A stretch of 64,000 nucleotides of DNA from the NCBI GenBank assembly GCA_963814585.1, contig CAWFDF010000011.1:1-64000 (forward strand). Direction: 5' to 3'. Source of the DNA: an uncultured delta proteobacterium (lineage in GTDB: Bacteria > Myxococcota > Myxococcia > Myxococcales > Anaeromyxobacteraceae). The first letter of the stretch is position 1. Every line of letters begins with the position of its first letter. Positions 56,964-64,000 of this stretch are shown here, one piece after another. Below the pieces are notes generated by a model. That model was not told the DNA's origin. It ran no database searches and was given only the letters and a program-made list of their open reading frames with translations. A program made the translations under genes and the position numbers.

Positions 56964-58175
56964 ATGCGCAAGCTCACGCTCCTCCTCCTCACCGCCGCGC
57001 TGGCCCTGCCGGGCCTGGCCGCGGCGCAGGGCGCCAGGCTGGTGGTCTGGCACGCCTACCGCGGCGGCGAGAAGGCCGCCTTCGAGAAGGTGATCGCCGC
57101 CTACAACGCCCGCCCCGGCACCAAGGTCAAGGTGGATCCGCTGGCCGTCCCCTTCGACGCCTTCGCCGACAAGGTCTCGGCGGCGGTGCCGCGCGGCAAG
57201 GGGCCGGACGTCTTCATCTACGCCCAGGATCGGATGGGGGGCTGGATCGAGGCCGGCAACACCGTCGAGCCCATCGACTTCTTCGTCGATGACGCCCTCA
57301 AGAAGAGGTTCATCCCCACCACCGTCGAGGCGCTCACCTACCGCGGCAACCTCTGGGGCCTGCCGCTCGACTACAAGGTCATCACCCTCATCTACAACAA
57401 GAAGCTGCTGGCCAGCCCCCCGAAGACCACCGCCGAGCTCACCAGGGTCGGGCAGTCGCTCACCAACAAGGCGGCCGGCAAGTTCGGCCTGGCCTGGGCC
57501 TACAACGACTTCTACTACGTGGCCTCGCTCCTCAACGGCAACGGCGGCGCGGTCTTCGGCCCCGGCACCCGGCCGACGCTCAACGCCCCGGCCAACGTCA
57601 AGGGGATGGAGCAGCTGCAGGCCTGGAACAAGGCCGGCTTCATGCCGGCCGAGCCGTCGGTGGCGCTCATCACCTCGCTCTTCAACGAGGGGAAGGCGGC
57701 CATGGTCTTCTCCGGCCCCTGGTTCCTCGGCGAGATCGCGCCGGGCGTCGACTACGGGCTGGCGCCGCTGCCCGCCATCAGCGAGGCGGGCGGGCAGCCC
57801 ATGCGGCCCTGGATGACGGTGGAGGGCGTCTTCATCGCGGCGCCGTCGAAGCAGAAGGAGGCGGCCTTCGAGTTCGTGAAGTACCTGACCGACGTCGAGG
57901 CGGCCCGGGTGCTGGCGCTGGAGGGGCGCTTCACCCCGGCGGTGAAGGCGGTCTACGACGACCCCGCGGTGGCCCGGGACGCCCAGATCTCCTCGTTCAG
58001 GAGGCAGGTGGAGGTGGCGGTGCCCATGCCGAACGTGCCCGAGATGACCATGGTCTGGTCGCCGGCCACCACCGCCCTCAACAAGATCAACGCCGGGGCC
58101 TCGCCCCGGGACGCCCTCGACGTCGCCCAGAAGGCCGTCGAGAAGGACGTCGCCGGGCTGCGCAAGGGCAAGTAG
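56964..58175 (+). CDS. malE: Maltose/maltodextrin-type ABC substrate-binding protein
   Basis: Signal peptide; [25 protein letters not shown]...[13 protein letters not shown]. Confidence 0.8.
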   Translation: MRKLTLLLLTAALALPGLAAAQGARLVVWHAYRGGEKAAFEKVIAAYNARPGTKVKVDPLAVPFDAFADKVSAAVPRGKGPDVFIYAQDRMGGWIEAGNTVEPIDFFVDDALKKRFIPTTVEALTYRGNLWGLPLDYKVITLIYNKKLLASPPKTTAELTRVGQSLTNKAAGKFGLAWAYNDFYYVASLLNGNGGAVFGPGTRPTLNAPANVKGMEQLQAWNKAGFMPAEPSVALITSLFNEGKAAMVFSGPWFLGEIAPGVDYGLAPLPAISEAGGQPMRPWMTVEGVFIAAPSKQKEAAFEFVKYLTDVEAARVLALEGRFTPAVKAVYDDPAVARDAQISSFRRQVEVAVPMPNVPEMTMVWSPATTALNKINAGASPRDALDVAQKAVEKDVAGLRKGK

Positions 58176-60114
58176 GTGGCCGCGACCCCTCCACGGCGCC
58201 TGCGCTTCGTCCTCGGCCTGGCGCTGGCCCTGGCGCTGGGGCTCGGCGGCGGATCGCTGGCCCTGCGCAGCGAGCGGTCCAGCCTGCTCGAGGAGCTGCA
58301 GGTGCGGCGCGGGATCTCCACGCTGCTGGCGCTGGAGGCGCTGGTGACGCGCGCCGGCGCGGCCTCGCGCGACCTGGTGGCCGCCTGGCAGGCCGGCCAG
58401 CCGGCCGGCACCGAGGCGCGGGTGCTGCGCCTCCAGGGGACCAGCCTGGAGGCCTCCACCGCGCCGCAGGACGTCGGCGAGCGGGCCGCGCCGCGCCGGC
58501 TCGGGCGCGAGGAGAAGCCGCTCTTCGACCGCGCCCAGCGGCTGCGCGCCGCCGTGGCCGGCAACCGCGAGGGCGGGGCCGCCAAGCCCGAGGTGGAGGT
58601 CGAGTGGCTGCCGGGCGGAGGCCTGCGCCTGGCGGCGCCGCTGGAGGAGGACGGGCAGGTGGTGGGGATGGTGCAGCTCGACCTGCCGGCCGCGCCGGCG
58701 CCGGCGCCGCTCCCCTGGTGGCCGCCGCTGGCGGTGGGCTCGGCCGTGCTGGCGCTCTTCGCGCTGCTGGTGGGGCAGCTGCCGGCCCGGGCCTGGCTGT
58801 ACGGGCTGGTCGCGGCCCTCTTCTTCGCCGCCGGGCACGCGGCGGTGGGCGCCCGGGAGGTGAATCACCTGGTGGGGGGCTACCGCATCGCGCAGGTGGC
58901 GCTGCAGGCCCATGTCGCCGGGCTGGGGCGCGAGGCGGCCGCGCTGCTGGCGGCGCGGGGGCTCCCGCCCGGGGCGCCGCTGGCCGAGGGGCGCTGGGAC
59001 GCCGACCTGCGGCGCCGGCCGCGCGGGCTGCTCGACGACCAGGGCGTGCTGCAGGAGGCGCAGGCCGTCGCCGACGCGAGGAAGGCCCGGGGGGACGCCG
59101 TGGGCGCGGTGGTGGCCGCCGGGCTGGTGGGGCTGCTGGCGCTGGTGCTGGTCGGGGCCGGGCTGGCGCGGCGGTTCGGGCGGGCGCTGGTGGTCCACCG
59201 CCAGGCCTACCGCTACGTCGCGCCGGCCATGATCGGCACCACCGTGCTGGTCTTCTTCCCGTTCGTCTACGGCATCGCGCTCAGCTTCACGAGCTCCAAC
59301 ATCTACAACACCGCCGCGCCGCTCACCGAGCTCTGGGTCGGCCTGCGCAACTACGGGGCCATCCTCTCCGACTTCGGCATCGCCCGGCGTGGGGCGGACG
59401 GCACGCTGATCTGGAACTACCTCAACTTCTACTGGACCTTCCTCTTCACGGTGGTCTGGACCATCGCCAACGTGGCCTTCGGCGTCAGCTTCGGCCTGCT
59501 GCTGGCGCTGGTGCTCAACACCAAGGGGCTGGCCTTCCGGCCCATCTACCGGGTGCTGCTGATCCTGCCCTGGGCCATGCCCAACTACATCACCGCGCTC
59601 ATCTGGCGGGGGATGTTCCACCGCCAGTTCGGGGTGGTGAACCAGGCCATGGCGATGGTCGGGCTCGAGCCCATCTCCTGGTTCGACACGCCCGTTCACC
59701 TCCTTCCTCACCGCCTACGCCACCAACGGCTGGCTCAGCTTCCCGTTCATGATGGTGGTCTCGCTGGGCGCCCTGCAGTCGATCCCGGCCGACCTCTACG
59801 AGGCGGCCCGCGTCGACGGCGCCACCCGCTGGCAGCAGTTCACCGCCATCACGCTGCCCTCGCTCAAGCCGGCGCTGGTCCCGGCGGTGATCCTCTCGGT
59901 GGTCTGGACCTTCAACATGTTCAACATCATCTTCCTGGTGACCGGCGGCGAGCCCAACGGCGCCACCGAGATCCTCATCACGCAGGCCTACAAGTTCGCC
60001 TTCCAGAAGTACCAGTACGGCTACGCGGCGGCCTACGCGACCATCATCTTCGGCATCCTGCTGGTCTACGGGAACGTCCAGAACCGGGTCACCAAGGCCA
60101 CGGAGGGTGTCTAG
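58176..60114 (+). CDS. malF: Sugar ABC permease with long N-terminal extension (frameshift near 59700)
   Basis: YRVLLILPWAMP, WLSFPFMM, LYEAARVDGA, FNMFNII. Confidence 0.8.
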
Positions 60115-61002
60115 ATGGCGGCGACCGGCGCACGCGAGGAGAAGGTGCCGCACGGGCTGCTCCACGCCTTCCTGGTGCTGGTGGTTCTCTACACCGTCTA
60201 CCCGGTGCTCTGGGTCATCACCATCGCCTTCTCCGGGAAGCAGAGCCTGGCCATCGCCGACCTGCCGGCCGATCCCGGCTTCCTCGACCGGCTCCGCGCC
60301 GTCACCCCGTGGCCGGCCCAGTGGTCGGCGGCCAACTTCGTCTCGGTCTTCGGCGACCAGCCCTTCGCCCGCTGGGTGCTGAACAGCCTGGCGGTCTCGG
60401 TGGCCACCACGCTGGTGGGGGTCTTCCTCTCCTGCACCGCGGCCTACGCCTTCTCCCGCTTCAAGTTCCCGGGGCGGCGGGCCGGCATGATGGCCTTCCT
60501 GGTGTCGCAGATGTTCCCGGGCGTGCTCACCCTCATCCCGCTCTACATCATCATCGTGCAGTGGCTGGGGCTGGGCTCGACGCGGCTCGGCCTGATCATC
60601 GTCTACGCCACCACCTCGATCCCCTTCTCGGTCTGGATGCTGAAGGGTTACTTCGACACCATCCCCAAGGAGCTGGAGGAGGCGGCCATCATCGAGGGGG
60701 CCGGCCCGGGGATGATCTTCTGGCGCATCGTGCTGCCGCTGGCGCTGCCGGCCATCGCCATCACGGCGCTCTTCTCCTTCATGACCGCCTGGAACGAGTT
60801 CATCCTGGCCGCCACCTTCATGGACCAGGAGGAGATGTACACGGCGCCGGTGGCCCTGCGCTTCTTCGTGGGCGGCTTTCAGCAGCAGTGGGGCTTCTTC
60901 GCCGCCGGGTCGATCATCGTCTCCATCCCGGTGGTGCTGCTCTTCCTCTACCTGCAGAAGTACCTGGTGGGCGGCCTCACCGCCGGCAGCGTCAAGGGGT
61001 AG
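60115..61002 (+). CDS. malG: Sugar ABC permease
   Basis: SQMFP, WMLKGYFDTIPKELEEAA.IEGA, WNEFILA, GLTAGSVKG. Confidence 0.88.
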   Translation: MAATGAREEKVPHGLLHAFLVLVVLYTVYPVLWVITIAFSGKQSLAIADLPADPGFLDRLRAVTPWPAQWSAANFVSVFGDQPFARWVLNSLAVSVATTLVGVFLSCTAAYAFSRFKFPGRRAGMMAFLVSQMFPGVLTLIPLYIIIVQWLGLGSTRLGLIIVYATTSIPFSVWMLKGYFDTIPKELEEAAIIEGAGPGMIFWRIVLPLALPAIAITALFSFMTAWNEFILAATFMDQEEMYTAPVALRFFVGGFQQQWGFFAAGSIIVSIPVVLLFLYLQKYLVGGLTAGSVKG

Positions 61003-62251
61003 ACGGCCCTGGCGCAGGCGCCGGGCCGGGGGCGGGCGAGGTGGCCGGAGGGGCCGGTGGGGGCGGGCCCGGGGCCGTCGCGGGGGGGTCGAAGCGGACG
61101 CGCGCGCCGGCGGTGACCTGCCCGGCTCCCTCGACCACGCTGGCCACCGCCCCCTGGTCCAGCACCTGCACCACCACCAGGCGGGCCACCGGCTCGCCCC
61201 GGGGCCCCAGCACCTGGCCGAGCTGCATGGGCTGGAGCTCCTTCACCGGACCGGCCACGGTGACCATGGAGCCGGAGACGTCGACCACCGTGAAGGGGGC
61301 CTTCGAGGGCGCGGCAGGCGCGGCGTCCTGCGAGGGGCGCGGCGCCGGCGCCGGCCCGGGCGGCCGGGCGTAGACGAAGGGGACCTGGGCCCACGTCCCG
61401 CCCGCCGTCCGGTAGGAGCCCAGCACCTCGCCCTGGTCGACGCCGGCCGGCAGGAGCACGTCCACCACGCGCGGGAAGGCGTCTCCCGGGGGGGCGCCGC
61501 CGAAGGTCCAGGCCTCGCGCAGCGAGAGGACGGGCATGGTGAAGGCGTCGGCCTCGAAGCCGCCGGTGAGCCGGTCGACGGCCTTGAGGTTCCGCTCCCA
61601 GGTGGCCCCGGAGACGTGGACCGAGTAGCCCCAGTCCGAGGTGGGGAGGCCGCCCAGCTGGTCGGCCGGGATGCGGGCGACCAGGGTCCGCCCCCGCAGC
61701 TGCAGCCGGTCCGGGAAGATCATCCTGCGGGAGGCGGCGGGGAGGGCCCAGGCGGTCACCTCCTCGGCGAGGCCCGGCTGCGGCGTGAGGATCACCGCCC
61801 GCTTCCAGGTGCGCCCGCCGGCGAAGGCGACGCGGCGGCCGGGCACGCAGGCGGTGTGGCCCTCCGGCGAGTCCGGGTCGGTGTCGAGGTAGATGTCGAC
61901 GTTCTGCAGGTAGAGGTTGTTCCAGAGGCGGGCCGGCGTGGAGTTGAGCCGGTGGAGGTCCTGCGGCACCCGGATGTCGGCGCCCAGCGTGACCTCGAAG
62001 AGGACGTCGTCGCCGTCCACCAGCACGGCGAGGCGCCGCAGGTCGAAGTCGCCGGGCTGGAACTGGGTGTCGCCGGGCGGCTCGTAGCTGCCGGGGCCCC
62101 GGGCGTCGTCGCGGGCGTCCTCGAAGGCGGCCACCAGGCGCGGTCCGGCGCGGGCCGGTTCACCCGGGCCGGTCGCGGTGCCGGGGGCGGCGCAGCCGAG
62201 CGCGGCGGCAAGGGACGCGGACGCCAGCACGAGGAGGGTGGTGCCACGCAT
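60992..62251 (-). CDS. Lipoprotein with glucodextranase/amylopullulanase DOMON-like domain
   Basis: Lipobox AALGC; DARDDARGPGSYEPP...FDL; LQNVDIYLD; PRVVDVL. Confidence 0.72.
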   Translation of the reverse strand: MRGTTLLVLASASLAAALGCAAPGTATGPGEPARAGPRLVAAFEDARDDARGPGSYEPPGDTQFQPGDFDLRRLAVLVDGDDVLFEVTLGADIRVPQDLHRLNSTPARLWNNLYLQNVDIYLDTDPDSPEGHTACVPGRRVAFAGGRTWKRAVILTPQPGLAEEVTAWALPAASRRMIFPDRLQLRGRTLVARIPADQLGGLPTSDWGYSVHVSGATWERNLKAVDRLTGGFEADAFTMPVLSLREAWTFGGAPPGDAFPRVVDVLLPAGVDQGEVLGSYRTAGGTWAQVPFVYARPPGPAPAPRPSQDAAPAAPSKAPFTVVDVSGSMVTVAGPVKELQPMQLGQVLGPRGEPVARLVVVQVLDQGAVASVVEGAGQVTAGARVRFDPPATAPGPPPPAPPATSPAPGPAPAPGPSTP

Positions 62252-62319
62252 GGGGACTCCGGACAAGAAGAGGGCCGGCGGGAGATTGCCCCGCCGGCCC
62301 AGGATACGGCGGATGTGGA

Positions 62320-63309
62320 TCAGTTGCAGGTGGTGGCAGGAGCGATTGGCGGGGCGACGACGTAGGTGTTCAGGTCGCCGGCCGCCTGCTTCACGACGGT
62401 GGCCGGCGTCCAGGCGGCAGCGCCGCTGAGCTTGGTGGCCGCGGTCACGCCCGTGGTCGGGGGGCCGCCGGTGCCGACCTTGTACTCCTTGGAGGTCGTG
62501 CCGTCGGCCGCGTAGAAGACGAAGACGAACTGCGGGCTGGCACAGGAGCCGAGCAGGCCGGTGTGGTAAAGCTGGTTGCCCGCGCCCGCGGCGGCCGAGA
62601 GGGTGAAGCTGTAGACACCGCCGGCGGCGGTGGTGGCGACCTCGTACCAGCCCCACCCCGACCCCTTCACCTTGATGCCACCGGCGAAGTCCCAGGGCGC
62701 CGGCGTGCAGGGCGCCGGTGAGCAGGTGTTCGGCTCCAGGTTGGCGGTGTCGAGGGTGAGCTGCAGGTCGGTGGTGCCGAACGTGTCGAGCACCAGGGGG
62801 GAGGCGGTGATGGCGGCCGTGGCGCCCGCCGCGACGGCGAAGGTGCCGTTGGAGCCCTTCCAGATCCAGCCGTCGCCGAAGGCGTGGTCGATCATGCCGT
62901 ACTCGTAGGTGGTCGTCCCGCTGGCCGGCGGGTAGACGAAGATGGTGGCGCCGAACACGCCGTCGCCGGCGGCCTCGCCGGCCCCTTCGTGGCCACCCGC
63001 GGTCCACGGGCCATCGTCGTAGAGCGGGGCGTGCGGGCCGTTGCCGCCGTTCCAGTCGCCGGCGTGGAAGGCCACCCGGGTGACGGCGTCATACATGAAC
63101 GAGCCCTTCCACTGGGCCTCGCCGGCCTTGTAGACGTCGTTCGGGTCGGTCATCGAGATGGAGACCGGGACGGTGCAGGGGGGGATCTTGTTGGTCTGCC
63201 AGGCCGAGGCCTTGCAGTTGGGGTCGGCATACGGCGTGGTGTCGGTTTCGTCGCTGCAGGCCACCAGGCCGAGCGAGGCCAGGGCGGCGAGTACCAGGAT
63301 GCGCTTCAT
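62320..63309 (-). CDS. Beta-rich surface lipoprotein, probably carbohydrate-associated
   Basis: Lipobox LVAC; LYDDG...GDGVF motif; Trp/Gly/Thr-rich. Confidence 0.65.
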   Translation of the reverse strand: MKRILVLAALASLGLVACSDETDTTPYADPNCKASAWQTNKIPPCTVPVSISMTDPNDVYKAGEAQWKGSFMYDAVTRVAFHAGDWNGGNGPHAPLYDDGPWTAGGHEGAGEAAGDGVFGATIFVYPPASGTTTYEYGMIDHAFGDGWIWKGSNGTFAVAAGATAAITASPLVLDTFGTTDLQLTLDTANLEPNTCSPAPCTPAPWDFAGGIKVKGSGWGWYEVATTAAGGVYSFTLSAAAGAGNQLYHTGLLGSCASPQFVFVFYAADGTTSKEYKVGTGGPPTTGVTAATKLSGAAAWTPATVVKQAAGDLNTYVVAPPIAPATTCN

Positions 63310-63366
63310 GGGGTGCTGCTCCTTTCGACTTCGAGGACGCCCGGTCACCGACCCGGGCGCTGGTGG

Positions 63367-64000
63367 TCATGGGCCCGTGCAAGCCACGGTGAGGGGCCCC
63401 ACGGACGTCGGCGTGTGCCAGGTTGAAGCGCACAGGCACATGCTGGCGTCCGCGAACTTCTGCTCGTGGACCTCCGGCGCGCCGCACTGCCCGCCGTGCA
63501 GGTCGGTGGTCCAGGTGATGACGTTGCCGGACAGGCTGCCGTTGAGGTTGGCCTTGTCCTTGTTGGTGGCCTCGTCGCCGAAGACGTCGCGGCGGTAGAC
63601 GAAGTTGTCGCCGCCCACGTCGACGACCTCGAGGAGCCGGGAGTTGCCGGGCCACTCCTCGCTGCCGGTCCAGGGGGCGCCGCGGGTTCCCCACGTGTAC
63701 TTGTAGCCGAGGCGGATGCCGCGCGGCATGTCGACGGTGAGGGTCCAGACGTTGTCGTTGGCCTTCTCGTCGCCGTTGGTGCCGTCGTCGTACATGGGGA
63801 TGGTGTTGGGGACGCCGTTGCCGAGCGGCAGGGCCCACTGCGGCTCCTGGTTCGGGGAGTCGGCGTGGATCCAGCCCACGAAGAACATCTGCTTGCCGGG
63901 CTTGTCGGTGGCCCACTTGAAGCGGTTCACCACCCCGCAGTTGCCGTCCTGCCCGCCGGGTCGGAAGTCGGCCGTGAAGAGGACGCGGACCCGGGCCGGA
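63367..64000 (-). CDS. C-terminal part of an exported protein with a YDDG..GD..AND.VW motif (5' end outside window)
   Basis: MYDDGTNGDEKANDNVWT, YKYTWG, EWPGNSRLL; Cys-containing tail. Confidence 0.6.
   Translation of the reverse strand, partial: PARVRVLFTADFRPGGQDGNCGVVNRFKWATDKPGKQMFFVGWIHADSPNQEPQWALPLGNGVPNTIPMYDDGTNGDEKANDNVWTLTVDMPRGIRLGYKYTWGTRGAPWTGSEEWPGNSRLLEVVDVGGDNFVYRRDVFGDEATNKDKANLNGSLSGNVITWTTDLHGGQCGAPEVHEQKFADASMCLCASTWHTPTSVGPLTVACTGP

Noticed and set aside
58176..61373. 1065-aa giant permease ORF
   Set aside because: An indel near 59700 runs the frame out of register across malF and malG, which are recognisable as separate genes.

Overview
The window is four unrelated sequence blocks joined end to end, with genes truncated at every join. 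Block A (1-~3000) is AT-rich and Bacteroidota-like: 3' end of a Wzi-like gene, a WecA/MraY-type transferase and an M20 amidohydrolase. Block B (~3001-12670) is a high-GC mycobacterial cell-envelope locus: Rv0226c-like, lmcA/Rv0227c, tmaT/Rv0228, an acyl-CoA ligase, php and aftD. Block C (~12671-29160) is a mid-GC plasmid/ICE-like element, tentatively Chloroflexota/Anaerolineae-like. Block D (~29161-64000) is very high GC and Anaeromyxobacter/Myxococcota-like: rpmE, rho, pilin, ligA, a radical SAM protein, Rne/Rng, IHF, a reduced T3SS-like export operon, ggt and a maltodextrin ABC locus. All blocks carry many 1-nt indels typical of unpolished long reads, so many genes are split in the ORF track. 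Block C is the most novel. It carries a candidate initiator (DnaA domain I plus two winged-helix modules, no AAA+) that contains its own iteron origin: five 21-bp repeats and an AT-rich tract. It also has ParA with a tandem-RHH partner and a centromere-like repeat cluster, and a MOB_C-like PD-(D/E)XK relaxase followed by an oriT-like repeat region. Its cargo includes an RloA/RloB (AbiL-like) pair, a frameshift-hidden proteasome-beta-like Ntn hydrolase (Ser1/Asp17/Lys33) and a PIN/AbrB toxin-antitoxin pair. A putative transfer operon follows, behind a leader terminator/antiterminator. In block D the highlights are a sigma54-driven T3SS-like operon with no ATPase or secretin in the locus, an enhancer-like tandem repeat upstream of it, and a small MITE family associated with TAG stop codons. 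Taxonomic and family assignments come from motif recognition only; no searches were run.
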